Assembly: GCA_965248575.1 (NCBI GenBank)
Contig: CBDFJQ010000002.1
Coordinates: 1,600,001 to 1,664,000 of the forward strand
Direction of reading: 5' to 3'
Source: Planctomycetota bacterium
Lineage (GTDB): Bacteria > Planctomycetota > B15-G4
Length of the DNA: 64,000 bases
The notes under the pieces were generated by a model, which worked only from the letters and a program-made list of their open reading frames with translations, was not told where the DNA came from and made no database searches. A program made the position numbers and the translations under genes. Positions within the stretch are counted from its first letter, which is position 1. Each line of letters opens with the position of its first letter. Positions 38,944-48,768 of the stretch are shown here, piece after piece.

Positions 38944-39276
38944 AGCGGCCGACCTCCACTGCTTGCGCAACCTGGGGCGAAACAGCAACCGCACGCGAGG
39001 CGAAATCGTGCGCTCCTTGCGGTTGATCCAGACCCCCAACGGCGGGTGGCTCATGCTGAGCAAGAGCATGCCAGCCAGGTAGAACGGAAGGCCCGTGACC
39101 ACCGGCACCAGCCAACCCACCAGCCCCAGAACCATGCAGAGGGTGCCCCCCAGGGCGAGCAGCAGCCGCACCCAGGGCGAGCGGGCCACGGCCGGGATCT
39201 TGAGCAGATCCGGAAGATCCTCCGGAGCCGGCAGGGAAGCGCGGCCTGAAACAGGGGCTGGGTCAGAGGAAGGCAT
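38923..39276 (-). CDS. Small membrane protein, YbaN/DUF454-like
   Basis: LGTLCMVLGLVGWLVPVVTGLPFYL hairpin; convergent overlap with the MutS-like gene. Confidence 0.6.
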   Translation of the reverse strand: MPSSDPAPVSGRASLPAPEDLPDLLKIPAVARSPWVRLLLALGGTLCMVLGLVGWLVPVVTGLPFYLAGMLLLSMSHPPLGVWINRKERTISPRVRLLFRPRLRKQWRSAASDVEAE

Positions 39277-39493
39277 GAGTCCTGCGCCGTGGGGGTTGGG
39301 CGCATCATGGCGGCCGACCGGGGCCGCAGCGAGCACGCCGCCCCCTGCATTGGGGCATGGGCCCTCCGGATTCCCTACCGTGAGCCCGTCCCGAGCGCCG
39401 ACGAGAAGGAGCGAGCCGCCCCGAAGTCCCCCTGGCGTCGCTCTGGACCCAAGATTGGGATCGGATTGAGGATTGATGGACGAGCCACGAACG

Positions 39494-40624
39494 ATGACCT
39501 GGAAGACCGACTGCCGCCACTTCTTTGGGGATCGCCCATGCGCCCCCCACAAGCTGCATGGCGCCGAGTGCGCCACCTGTGTGGACGACTATGACCTCGT
39601 CGAGACGCGCCTGCTGATCGTCAAGCTCGCGGCCATGGGTGATGTGTTGCGCACCACCAGCTTGTTGCCAGCCATTCATCGCCGCTGGCCGCGCGCCCAT
39701 GTGACCTGGGTCACCAACCCCGAGTCGGTCCCGCTCCTGAAAGGGAACCCCGACATCGACCGCATCGCCGCCTTCCAGGCCGGCGCAGTGCCGCTGGAGA
39801 TCCTCAGCGAGACCTACGACGTCGTGATCAACCCCGATGCCGCACCAGAGTCCTGCGCACTCGCCCAGCTGGCGCGCAGCGGGCAGCGTGTGGGCTTTGC
39901 CTTCGACGAGCGAGGCACCCCGGTGCCCATCGGGCCCGGCGCCGAGAGCTGGATGAGGATGGGTTTGTCGGATGAGCTCAAGCGCACCAATCAGCACACT
40001 TACCAAGACCTCATGGCCGATGTACTCGACGTGGACTATCACCGCGAGCCGCCGGTCATGGCCATCTCGGAGGACGACCGGGAGAAGGGCAGGCAACTCG
40101 CTGCCCTGCATGCCCCCGCCGAGAACCGGCTGCTCGTCGGGCTCAACACGGGCGCGGGCGGCCGTTGGCGCTACAAGCGCTGGACCGAAGCGGGCTACAC
40201 CCAACTGATCCATCGTCTCGGCGAAGACGGCCATCGCGTGCTCCTGCTCGGTGGCCCCGCGGAAGCCGAACGCAATGCGCGCCTTGTCACGGCCTCGGGC
40301 GGCGTGGCGATCGACACGGGCGGCGACAACCCAGTGCGCAGTTTCGCCGGTCTTGTCGAAGCCTGCGACGTCATCGTGACCGGCGACACCCTCGCCATGC
40401 ACGTGGCCATCGCTCGCCACGTGCCCACGGTGGTGCTCTTTGGCCCCACCTCCCTGCACGAAATCGACGTGTTCGAGCGAGGGGAACGCATTGCACCGGA
40501 GCTGGACTGCCTGGTCTGCTACAAGACAGACTGCGACGTGGTGAAGACGTGCATGGATTCCATCACCGTGGATCAGGTGCACGAGGCCGTGTTGCGCTGC
40601 GGACACCTCGCCACCACGACCTGA
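39494..40624 (+). CDS. Glycosyltransferase family 9 (LPS heptosyltransferase-like) with N-terminal Cys cluster
   Basis: IVKLAAMGDVL, NTGAG..W.YKRW, GDTLAMHVA, LFGPT. Start could be 39473. Confidence 0.88.
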   Translation: MTWKTDCRHFFGDRPCAPHKLHGAECATCVDDYDLVETRLLIVKLAAMGDVLRTTSLLPAIHRRWPRAHVTWVTNPESVPLLKGNPDIDRIAAFQAGAVPLEILSETYDVVINPDAAPESCALAQLARSGQRVGFAFDERGTPVPIGPGAESWMRMGLSDELKRTNQHTYQDLMADVLDVDYHREPPVMAISEDDREKGRQLAALHAPAENRLLVGLNTGAGGRWRYKRWTEAGYTQLIHRLGEDGHRVLLLGGPAEAERNARLVTASGGVAIDTGGDNPVRSFAGLVEACDVIVTGDTLAMHVAIARHVPTVVLFGPTSLHEIDVFERGERIAPELDCLVCYKTDCDVVKTCMDSITVDQVHEAVLRCGHLATTT

Positions 40625-40669
40625 ACACCCCACCGCACCCAACCCAGCCCAACCCAAAAAAGGCGCCTC

Positions 40670-41707
40670 ATGCGCGGACTCGTCCTGGATGCTGGCAAGG
40701 CGCTGATTCGGGACGACCTCCCGGAGCCCGAGGTGGGTCCCGGGGAAAGCTTGGTGGAGGTCTTGCTCGGGGGCGTCTGTGCCACGGACCTCGCCCTGCG
40801 TGCCGGCTACATGGGCTTCGCCGGTGTGCCCGGCCATGAGTTCGTCGGCCGCGCCCTCAGCGGCCCTCTCGCCGGTCAGCGAGTGGTGGGCGAGATCAAC
40901 GCAGGCTGCGGGCACTGCCCGATCTGCGACGGCGCTGATCCGCGTCACTGCAGCCAACGATCCGTGCTGGGGATCCTGGGCCGGCCCGGAGCCTTCGCTG
41001 AACGGCTGGCCCTGCCCACCGTCAACCTCCTGCCCGTGCCCGAGGGCCTCAGCAATGAGGCGGCGGTCTTCGCCGAGCCGCTCGCCGCCGCCCTGCAGAT
41101 CCCCCAGGACCTCGACCCGCGGCTGCCTGAGGGCGGCCGGGCGCTCGTGGCGGGGGACGGACGCCTGGGGCTGCTCTGCGCCCACGCGCTGCACCAGGCC
41201 GGGCTGAAAGTGACCGTCGCCGGTCGGCACCCAGAACGGCAGAGCCTGCTCCCGCAGGGTCTCTCCCTGCGCACGGGCTTGCTCGAGAGCGGGCTGCCGG
41301 GGGCCCTCAGCCTCGACGAGCGCTTCCCGCTCGCCGTGGACGCCACCGGCAACGCCGACGTCCTGCCGCGGCTCCTGTCCTACGTCGCTCCCCGGGGAAC
41401 CCTGGTCGTGAAGACCACGACGGAGAAGCCAGTCTCCCTGGACATGGCAACTCTGGTGGTGGATGAGCAGCGCATCCAAGGCTCCCGCTGCGGGCGCTTT
41501 GCCCCCGCCCTCGACCTGCTCTCGCAGGCCTGTGTGCCCGTGGAGCAGTTCGTCCAAGGTCGCTACCCCCTGAGCCAGGCGGGGCTCGCTCTCGAGCATG
41601 CTGCGCGCCCCGGAGTGCTCAAGATCCTCGTGGACGTGGTGGCCCCCGCAGGCGCCCCCGCCAGCGATCGATCGGCAGCGGCGGTTGCTCCCATCAAGAA
41701 TCCCTGA
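40670..41707 (+). CDS. Zn-dependent alcohol dehydrogenase (MDR family)
   Basis: GVCATD, GHEFVG, CGHCPIC...HC, GDGRLG. Confidence 0.88.
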   Translation: MRGLVLDAGKALIRDDLPEPEVGPGESLVEVLLGGVCATDLALRAGYMGFAGVPGHEFVGRALSGPLAGQRVVGEINAGCGHCPICDGADPRHCSQRSVLGILGRPGAFAERLALPTVNLLPVPEGLSNEAAVFAEPLAAALQIPQDLDPRLPEGGRALVAGDGRLGLLCAHALHQAGLKVTVAGRHPERQSLLPQGLSLRTGLLESGLPGALSLDERFPLAVDATGNADVLPRLLSYVAPRGTLVVKTTTEKPVSLDMATLVVDEQRIQGSRCGRFAPALDLLSQACVPVEQFVQGRYPLSQAGLALEHAARPGVLKILVDVVAPAGAPASDRSAAAVAPIKNP

Positions 41708-41719
41708 TTCACAGCCGTC

Positions 41720-42400
41720 ATGAGCGCGCACTTCGAAGCCGAGGCCCTGCTGAAGAGCGACTTGCTCGGACAGATCCACCGCGGCTGGCTGACGCTCCCG
41801 GACGGCTCACGGGTCCAGGCCATCCAACGCGACGTGCGCCCCTGCGCGTGGTGGACGCGCCCCTTGGCCAGCTACCTCCTGGCGCGCGAGGCGCGGGCGC
41901 TGGCCGCCGTCGGCCCCCTCGCCGACGAAGACCACCGGCTGCCACGTGCCCTGTGGCAGGCCAAGGGCTGCCTCGTGCGCAGCTGGATCGAAGGGCGCCC
42001 GCTCTACGCCGGCGGCGTGGACTCCCCCGCCTACTTCGCTTCGGCGCGGCGGCTGCTCGCGCGCCTTCACCGTCAAGGCATCACCCACAACGACACGGCC
42101 AAGGAGCCCAATTGGCTCGTGACCCCCGAGGGCCTGCCGGCGCTGATCGACTTCCAGCTCGCGGCGTTGTCCCGACGGCGCGGCCGCTTCTTCCGCATGC
42201 TGGGGCGCGAAGACCTGCGCCACCTGCTCAAGCACAAGCGCACCTACTGCAAGGAACACCTGAGCCCCCGGGAGCGCGCGCTGCTGGCGAACCCGAGTGG
42301 GCCCTCCCGGGCCTTGAGACGGCTGGCCAAACCCCTCTACAACTTCATCACCCGCACCCTGCTGGGTTGGCGGGATCGGGAAGGGCGCGGGCCCCGCTAG
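41720..42400 (+). CDS. RIO/Kdo-kinase-like phosphotransferase
   Basis: LHRQGITHND..KEPNWLV, LIDFQLA. Confidence 0.75.
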   Translation: MSAHFEAEALLKSDLLGQIHRGWLTLPDGSRVQAIQRDVRPCAWWTRPLASYLLAREARALAAVGPLADEDHRLPRALWQAKGCLVRSWIEGRPLYAGGVDSPAYFASARRLLARLHRQGITHNDTAKEPNWLVTPEGLPALIDFQLAALSRRRGRFFRMLGREDLRHLLKHKRTYCKEHLSPRERALLANPSGPSRALRRLAKPLYNFITRTLLGWRDREGRGPR

Positions 42401-42404
42401 TGGG

Positions 42405-43331
42405 TCAACTGGAGCTGGCCCACTGGCCAGCCAGGCCCGACGCGTGACGCGAAACCACCCCGATCAACAGACCGTCGCGCACCACCGTGTAGGTGTGCAC
42501 GCCGTCGATCTCCAAGTCGGCTCCATCGCCGCTCCCAGGGACCTTCAAGGCCTCCAGTCCATCAGGCAAGGCATCCAGTGCCTGCGTCGGCAAGACGAAG
42601 ACCGAGGTCAAGGCACCGCAGCAGTCGTAGAGCAGGTTCACCGCACGGACACCGTCGAAGGATTCTTCCCGCGCACCCAGCAGCTTCACGGCATGGTCGT
42701 GCACACGCCCGCTCTGGGGAAACTGAAAGGCTGCGAAGGCGTGCTTGTCCAGGAGGCCGCGCACGGCGGGCACCCCTTGCACCTGCGGAGGCGCGGTTTG
42801 CTCGGCCGCTGATTCCCAGGCCGACACGAAGCTGCCCAGGTAGGCCGGGGCCTCATCGCGATCCACGCCATCGTCGGCGACGTAGAGCATCGCGGACAAC
42901 AACACCACGGCGGCAGCGGCCAGGAGCATCCAACGGTTGGTCGAGGCCCCGAAGGACGTGTCCGTCCTGCGCTTGTCTTGAAGCGAAGCGAGCGCTGGCC
43001 CAGCCGGGACACCAGCGGCGGCCCGCGCCGAGTCGGCAACGGCGATCTCAGCAGCTCCATCCCTGGAAGAGCTGTCCAGATCCCGTTCGACCTCAGCAGC
43101 CACGATGACCAGGGACTGGTTCAGGCGGCCGTGCACATCGTCAGGCATCTTGCCGTGGGCCAGCAGCTTGTTGAGGGCGCGCTCCAGGCGTTCCTCCTGT
43201 TCGAAGCGCTCTCCGCAAGAGGAGCAAACATCCAGATGCTCTCGAAGCGACACGATGGTCACCGCGTCGAGTTCGGAGTCGAGATAGGCCATCAACAGGG
43301 CCCGCGCTTCGTGACAATTCACGGTACTCAT
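42405..43331 (-). CDS. Zinc-binding (zf-HC2) transmembrane anti-sigma factor
   Basis: C...L..YLD.EL...HLDVCSSC plus one TM; 4-bp overlap with the sigma gene. Confidence 0.88.
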   Translation of the reverse strand: MSTVNCHEARALLMAYLDSELDAVTIVSLREHLDVCSSCGERFEQEERLERALNKLLAHGKMPDDVHGRLNQSLVIVAAEVERDLDSSSRDGAAEIAVADSARAAAGVPAGPALASLQDKRRTDTSFGASTNRWMLLAAAAVVLLSAMLYVADDGVDRDEAPAYLGSFVSAWESAAEQTAPPQVQGVPAVRGLLDKHAFAAFQFPQSGRVHDHAVKLLGAREESFDGVRAVNLLYDCCGALTSVFVLPTQALDALPDGLEALKVPGSGDGADLEIDGVHTYTVVRDGLLIGVVSRHASGLAGQWASSS

Positions 43332-43912
43332 GATGCGTTCTTTCCAGGTGACTCTTGCTTGCGCAGAAAACCGGTTCGCTCTGCGTGGCTCGCTAGTCCC
43401 TCGCGCAATCGTGCTCTCGCACGAAACAGATGACTCATCACCGTGCCCATGGGGATCTCAAGGGCCTCGGCGATTTCGCGGTATGCAAAACCCTCACCGG
43501 CACGCAGAAGGAAGACCATGCGCTCCGAAGCCGGCAGGCTCTTCACGGCGCTTCGCACTTCCTCGGACACGCGGTCCAGGAGAACCTCGGGCTCGGCCAG
43601 CACGTTCTCGTAGGCCTGCTCCCGCTCCAACGCCTGGACCAGGTCCATGTGCTCTGAGGAAACCAGGTGCTTCTGCCGCCGCCGCAGGGAGTTGTTCGCG
43701 TTCAGGATGGTGTTCGAGAGGATCCGGAACACCCAGGCCCGAAAGGACGTGCCCACTGTGAACACATCGAACTTCCGGTACGCGATGAGAACCGCCTCCT
43801 GCACGCAATCCTCAGCCGATGCCCGGTCCCAGCACATGCGCTCGGCGAATCGCCAGAGAGCATCGCGTTGGGGCGCTAGCAGGGCTGTGAACTCGTCGTG
43901 ACGGTCGGACAT
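43328..43912 (-). CDS. ECF RNA polymerase sigma-70 factor
   Basis: AEDCVQE, FRAWVFRI, YREIAEALEIPMGTVMSHLFRAR; GGAGG RBS. Confidence 0.93.
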   Translation of the reverse strand: MSDRHDEFTALLAPQRDALWRFAERMCWDRASAEDCVQEAVLIAYRKFDVFTVGTSFRAWVFRILSNTILNANNSLRRRQKHLVSSEHMDLVQALEREQAYENVLAEPEVLLDRVSEEVRSAVKSLPASERMVFLLRAGEGFAYREIAEALEIPMGTVMSHLFRARARLREGLASHAERTGFLRKQESPGKNAS

Positions 43913-44034
43913 GACCTCCCCATGTTTCAGGCTGAGGTGCTTATTCTGCCAACTTCCGGGCAGAAGGCATGCTGAGCCACGGGTCTCCGACCAGCAGCCC
44001 AGACTCCCCCGTCATGCACTGCCAGGAATCGATC

Positions 44035-45402
44035 TCAGGGCCCTGAAGGCTGGGCCTGGCCCTCGATGTCGATCCGGGCCACATCCCTGGCCAACCGCCG
44101 GCGCACCCGCCAGACCAGGATCAGCGCCACGAAGCCCAATCCAGCCCCGAGGGCCCACCACATGGCTTGGGGCCCCCCGCCCCAGGAGAAAGCCCAGACC
44201 AGCCCCAAGGGGAGCGCCAGCACCCAATAGCCCACGAGGTTCGCCAGCATGGGGACGCGCGTCTCTCCGATGCCCCGCAACACGCCAGCTGCCACCACCT
44301 GCAACCCATCGAAGAGCTGGAAGCCAGCCGCCAGGGGCACGAAGGTCAGCGCCAGCGCCAAGACCTCCGGGTCCGTGGAGAAGATCTTCAGCAAGGGCTC
44401 GGGCAGGATCACGAACAGCAATCCGAAACAGCCCATCACCCCCGCCCCACATCCCAGTGCCACCTTGGCCGCGAGTCGCATCGCCACGGGATCCCCGGCG
44501 CCCACGGCGTGACCCACACGCACCGCGGCCGCGGTGCTCAGCCCGAGAGGCAACATGAACGACGTGCTGGCCAGGGTGATCACGATGGCGTTGGCTGCCA
44601 CCGCCAAGGTGCCGAACTTGCCCATGATGAACGTTATGGCGTTGAAGGCCCCCACCTCGAGCGCCATGGCCAGGCCTATCGGCAACCCCATGACAGCGAG
44701 TCGTAGCAGCGGGCCGAGCGCCAGGGCCCGCGGCCGCAACGGGTACAAGAGCGGCTTCAGATCGCGCCACGTCAAGACGAGCACCAGCACCAGCATCAGG
44801 TAGTTGCACACGACGGTCGCCAGGGCACACCCGTGGGCGCCGAGCGCCGGGAAGCCGAACTCACCCCGGATCAATGCCCAGTCCAGAGCCGCGTTGACGA
44901 TGTTGGCAATCACCACGACCACCACCAGCGGCCGCATGCGCCCGAGGGCCTGCAGGCTCCGTCGCAGCGCCACGAACAACAGCATGCCGGGAACACCCCA
45001 GGCGCACGTCTGGGCGTAGTCCGTGGCGTCCGGGATGATCTCCGCCGGTTGCTGCAGGGCGATCAAGGCCGGTTCGGCCCAGATCATCGCCAGCCCCATG
45101 GGGATGCACAGCAGCAGCGCCGTCACGAGCCCCCGTTGCACAGCGCGCCCCACGGCGGGTTCATCCTTGGCCCCCAAGGCCTGGGCGACCAAGGGATCCA
45201 GGGCCAGCAGCATGCCCATGCAGAAGGCCAGCGGGACCCAGAGCAGGGCGTGGCCCTGACGTACGGCGGCGAAGCCCGTCGTGGAGACGTGCCCCATGAC
45301 CGCGGAGTCCACCACGTTCATGGTCATGAGGCTCAGGTTCACCATCACCACGGGAATGGCGAGGCGCATCTGGGCGCCGAGCTCGGCACGGATCGCTGAC
45401 AT
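44035..45402 (-). CDS. MATE family efflux transporter (NorM-like)
   Basis: LAIP, VD..MGH, GFPALGAHGCALAT, VRVGHAVGA, FQLFDGLQ. Confidence 0.92.
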   Translation of the reverse strand: MSAIRAELGAQMRLAIPVVMVNLSLMTMNVVDSAVMGHVSTTGFAAVRQGHALLWVPLAFCMGMLLALDPLVAQALGAKDEPAVGRAVQRGLVTALLLCIPMGLAMIWAEPALIALQQPAEIIPDATDYAQTCAWGVPGMLLFVALRRSLQALGRMRPLVVVVVIANIVNAALDWALIRGEFGFPALGAHGCALATVVCNYLMLVLVLVLTWRDLKPLLYPLRPRALALGPLLRLAVMGLPIGLAMALEVGAFNAITFIMGKFGTLAVAANAIVITLASTSFMLPLGLSTAAAVRVGHAVGAGDPVAMRLAAKVALGCGAGVMGCFGLLFVILPEPLLKIFSTDPEVLALALTFVPLAAGFQLFDGLQVVAAGVLRGIGETRVPMLANLVGYWVLALPLGLVWAFSWGGGPQAMWWALGAGLGFVALILVWRVRRRLARDVARIDIEGQAQPSGP

Positions 45403-45491
45403 CGCGCCACACTATCCATTGCGGAGCTGCGACCGCCACAGGTGTGGGATAGGCCTATCTGCGGCGAGGCGTCGGGAGGTAGGGTCGGGGC

Positions 45492-46346
45492 ATGGACTTC
45501 GCACTCGCAGACAAGACCGTGCTCGTGACGGGAGCGTCGGGCGGAATCGGCCGCGCCTTGGCCACCAGCTTCCTGGCCGAGGGAGCGCGGGTCGCCCTGC
45601 ACGGACACGGGCGCTTCGAGGCCATGCAGGCATGGCTGGCCGAGCGGCCCGCCGAAGAACAGGAGCGCAGCCTGTGCGTGCAAGGGGATGTCTGCGACCC
45701 GGCGCAGATGGACCGGGCCGTGGAGAGCATCCACGAGCGCTGGGGACGACTGGACGTCTGCGTGGCGAATGCAGGCATCTGGCCCACGGAGGATGTGCCG
45801 CTGCACGCCATGAGCGCCGAGCGCCTCCAGAACACCGTCGGCGTCAACCTCCTGGGCTCCGTCTGGACGGCCCGGGCCTTCCTGCGACTGCTGGCCGAGA
45901 CGGGCCCGCGAGACGACGGCCACGGAGTCGCCCTGGTCTTCATCAGCAGCACGGCGGCGCGCTTTGGGGAGCGCCACCACGCCGACTACGCCACGGCCAA
46001 GGCGGGCTTGTCGGGTCTGATGGAAACCCTCAAGCATGAGATCGTCGACCTCGACCCCTATGGCCGGGTCAACTGCATCGAGCCCGGCTGGACGGTGACC
46101 CACATGGCGCGCCCCACTCTCGATCAGCCCGGCACCATCGCCCGCGTGCTCGCCACCATGCCCTTGCGACAACTGGCGAGAGCGACCGACATCGCACGCA
46201 CGGCCCTGTGGTTGGCTTCCCCCACCCTTGCTCGACACATGACGGGGCAGTCGATCACCGTGGCCGGAGGCATGGAGGGCCGCCTGCGCTGGGCCGCGGA
46301 CGACATCGACGAAGCTGCGGTGCGGGACCGCCTGAACCAAGACTGA
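45492..46346 (+). CDS. SDR family oxidoreductase
   Basis: TGASGGIG, ANAG, YATAK. Confidence 0.9.
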   Translation: MDFALADKTVLVTGASGGIGRALATSFLAEGARVALHGHGRFEAMQAWLAERPAEEQERSLCVQGDVCDPAQMDRAVESIHERWGRLDVCVANAGIWPTEDVPLHAMSAERLQNTVGVNLLGSVWTARAFLRLLAETGPRDDGHGVALVFISSTAARFGERHHADYATAKAGLSGLMETLKHEIVDLDPYGRVNCIEPGWTVTHMARPTLDQPGTIARVLATMPLRQLARATDIARTALWLASPTLARHMTGQSITVAGGMEGRLRWAADDIDEAAVRDRLNQD

Positions 46347-46350
46347 ACAG

Positions 46351-47709
46351 GTGAACGACTCCCCCACCGCCCCCTCCCGAGCGCTTCGGTCCACGAGCAG
46401 CGAGTGCTTCGTGGCGCGCATCCCCGGCTCCAAATCTGGCACCCTTCGCGGGCTGATGTTGGGCGCCATGCACCCCGGTGTCACGGAGGTCACGGGGGGA
46501 CTGCATTGCGACGACAGCGAACAGCTGCGACGCGCCCTCGATGCCTTCGGCGGTTTGCTCGCCGATCAGACCTCGGACGGTTTCAGGGTCACCCGCGAAG
46601 CGGACGAACTGCACGCCCCATCTGAAGCCTTGCAACTCGGCGTCGCCGGAACGCCGGCCCGCTTCTTGTTGGGGTTCAGCGCACAGGTCACGGGCGAGAC
46701 GACCCTCACGGGCGATGAGCGACTTTGCGAACGACCCATGGGCGGGCTGCTGCACGCCCTGCGTGAGATCGGTGTGAGGTTCCAGGAGCTCGGTCATCCA
46801 GACCATCTACCCGTACGCATCTCGGGGGGAGCGCCCACGTCGGACACCTGGCATGTGAACGCCGAGGTGTCCTCGCAGTTCACGAGTTCGCTCTTGCTGC
46901 TGGCAGCCCAACAGGGCCGCCCCATCGCGCTCCACGTGCACGGCCCGCAGCCCTCCCGGGCCTACGTCGACCTGACCCTGCAGATGCTCAAGCAGGCAGG
47001 CATCCCCGCGAGCGGGACGCCGCCCGACAGGGGCCCCTGCGTCTTGCAGGTCTCCCCCCCAGCGCGGCTTCCCGCCCTGTCCCGCGTGGTGGTCGAGGCC
47101 GACGCCAGCAGCATGACCCCCTTCCTCGCGGCGGCGGCCATCACGGGCAGCTGCTTGAGCGTTCCCAACATCGGGCACACGTCTCGCCAAGCGGACGTCG
47201 CCTTCGCCTCGGCCCTGCAGCGCATGGGATGTTCGCTGGGGATCGGGCCGCATTCCCTTCGAATCCAGGGAGCGCCCCTACGCGGCATCGAGATCGACAT
47301 GTCCCAGATGCCGGACGCCGTGCTCAACCTGGCGGTGGTCGCGGCGTGCGCCGACGGACCGACACACATCACCGGTGTGGGCAACCTGAGATTCAAGGAG
47401 TGCGATCGCTTGCACGCGGCAGCAACAGAGCTGAACCGCCTGGGAGTGGAGGCCCGAGCGGAGCCGGATGCGCTCCTGATCCGGCCAACATCTGCTGCCC
47501 GCAGCAGGGACCCGCTGACCGCCTCGACGAACACCGTCGTGCGCACCTATGACGACCACCGCGTCGCCATGGCCTTCGCAGTCGTAGGCCTGGTGGTCGA
47601 CGGACTGCAGATCGAAGACCCGGCCTGTGTCAGCAAGTCCTTCCCTATGTTCTGGAAGGAGCTGGCGCGCTTTCGCCAGCATCACGGAGCCGAGCCTCCA
47701 CCTGTCTGA
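46351..47709 (+). CDS. aroA: 3-phosphoshikimate 1-carboxyvinyltransferase (EPSP synthase)
   Basis: PGSKS, AGT..RF, RPM, SSQF, MPD, LRFKECDR, DHRVAM, KSFP. Confidence 0.9.
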   Translation: MNDSPTAPSRALRSTSSECFVARIPGSKSGTLRGLMLGAMHPGVTEVTGGLHCDDSEQLRRALDAFGGLLADQTSDGFRVTREADELHAPSEALQLGVAGTPARFLLGFSAQVTGETTLTGDERLCERPMGGLLHALREIGVRFQELGHPDHLPVRISGGAPTSDTWHVNAEVSSQFTSSLLLLAAQQGRPIALHVHGPQPSRAYVDLTLQMLKQAGIPASGTPPDRGPCVLQVSPPARLPALSRVVVEADASSMTPFLAAAAITGSCLSVPNIGHTSRQADVAFASALQRMGCSLGIGPHSLRIQGAPLRGIEIDMSQMPDAVLNLAVVAACADGPTHITGVGNLRFKECDRLHAAATELNRLGVEARAEPDALLIRPTSAARSRDPLTASTNTVVRTYDDHRVAMAFAVVGLVVDGLQIEDPACVSKSFPMFWKELARFRQHHGAEPPPV

Positions 47710-47778
47710 TGCACGCCTCGCGGCTTGGTCTGAGCGGTGCTGCGCGGGTTGGCGATCGGTCCGTCTTCGAGTTGCGCC

Positions 47779-48159
47779 TCAGCTCAAGCTCGCGCGTACG
47801 AGGGCCTGCCCTACCCACACGGCGGCCAGGCCCAGCACCAGGTTCAGGGCCACACTGCCCAAAGCCTGGGAGAGCTGCCCCTTCTGCATCAACTCCAAGG
47901 TCTCCGCGCCGAAGGTCGAGAAGGTCGTGAACGAGCCGAGCACGCCGATGGCCACGAACTGCCGCAGCCGGGGGTCGAAGGCCTCGCGCTCCATGACCGC
48001 CGCCAGCAGGGCACCCATGGCCAGGCAACCCAAGGCGTTCACGACGAGGGTGCCTATGGGGAAGGACGAGGCCACCCGGCGCTGAACGAAGGCCGACAGG
48101 CCAAAGCGGGCCAGGGCACCCAGCGCCCCGCCGGCCCCCACAAGAACGAGCGTCTGCAT
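47779..48159 (-). CDS. crcB: Fluoride efflux channel Fluc
   Basis: GAGGALGALARF, FPIGTLVVN..GC, G.LGSFTTFSTF..E. Confidence 0.93.
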   Translation of the reverse strand: MQTLVLVGAGGALGALARFGLSAFVQRRVASSFPIGTLVVNALGCLAMGALLAAVMEREAFDPRLRQFVAIGVLGSFTTFSTFGAETLELMQKGQLSQALGSVALNLVLGLAAVWVGQALVRASLS

Positions 48160-48303
48160 GCCGAAGGCTCCCGGCGGGAGAGGATACGGATGGAAAGCTG
48201 CCCATGATGACCTGCGGGCGCCGCTGGATCTGCCCCGGCGCCATCGAAAGATGCCGCTTCCCGTGGCAGGCTGCGGGTCCAGCCCGTCGGAGCCCCCACC
48301 GTC

Positions 48304-48768
48304 ATGCCTCCCGCCCCCGAGCCCCTCAGCCCGAAGCCCCGCGTGCTCTTCCTCTGCGTGGAGAACTCCTGCAGGAGCCAGCTCGCGGAGGCCCTCGGCC
48401 GTCTCGCTGGGCTGGAGGCCCACAGCGCCGGAAGCAAGCCCTCGGGGCAGGTGAACCCCCTGGCGGTGGCCAGCATGGCCGAGCTGGGCTACGACCTCTC
48501 GGCCCACCGCAGCAAGGGCGTCGAGGCCCTCCCGGACGGCGAGTACGACGCCGCCGTGACCATGGGCTGCGGCGACAGCTGTGCCTTTGTCGCCACCCGG
48601 CACAAAGCAGACTGGCCCATCCCGGACCCCAAGGCCATGGGCCCCGACGGCTTTCGGACGGTGCGCGACGACATCGCCCAGCGCGTCGAATCCCTGGCGC
48701 GGCAGTTGGGTGTGAGGCCCAAGGGTGCGCCCCGTGACGGTGACGGCGAGGCTGACACGGCGCCATGA
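48304..48768 (+). CDS. arsC: LMW-PTP family arsenate reductase
   Basis: FLCVENSCRSQLAE, SAG, MGCGDSC, DP. Confidence 0.8.
   Translation: MPPAPEPLSPKPRVLFLCVENSCRSQLAEALGRLAGLEAHSAGSKPSGQVNPLAVASMAELGYDLSAHRSKGVEALPDGEYDAAVTMGCGDSCAFVATRHKADWPIPDPKAMGPDGFRTVRDDIAQRVESLARQLGVRPKGAPRDGDGEADTAP

Noticed and set aside
40670..41707. Alcohol dehydrogenase as the missing BMC core enzyme
   Set aside because: It is 17 kb from the vertex genes, is an MDR-type rather than the usual iron-type BMC enzyme, and sits in a different operon.
39305..41779. 824-aa minus-strand ORF
   Set aside because: Shadow of the GT9 and dehydrogenase genes; no recognisable domain.
43913..44034. Autoregulatory ECF promoter (GGAAGT on the minus strand)
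   Set aside because: No convincing matching -10 element at the expected spacing.
48160..48300. Fluoride riboswitch upstream of crcB
   Set aside because: I could not find the GGCGATGG..TTCGCC / GCTGATGAC consensus in the leader.
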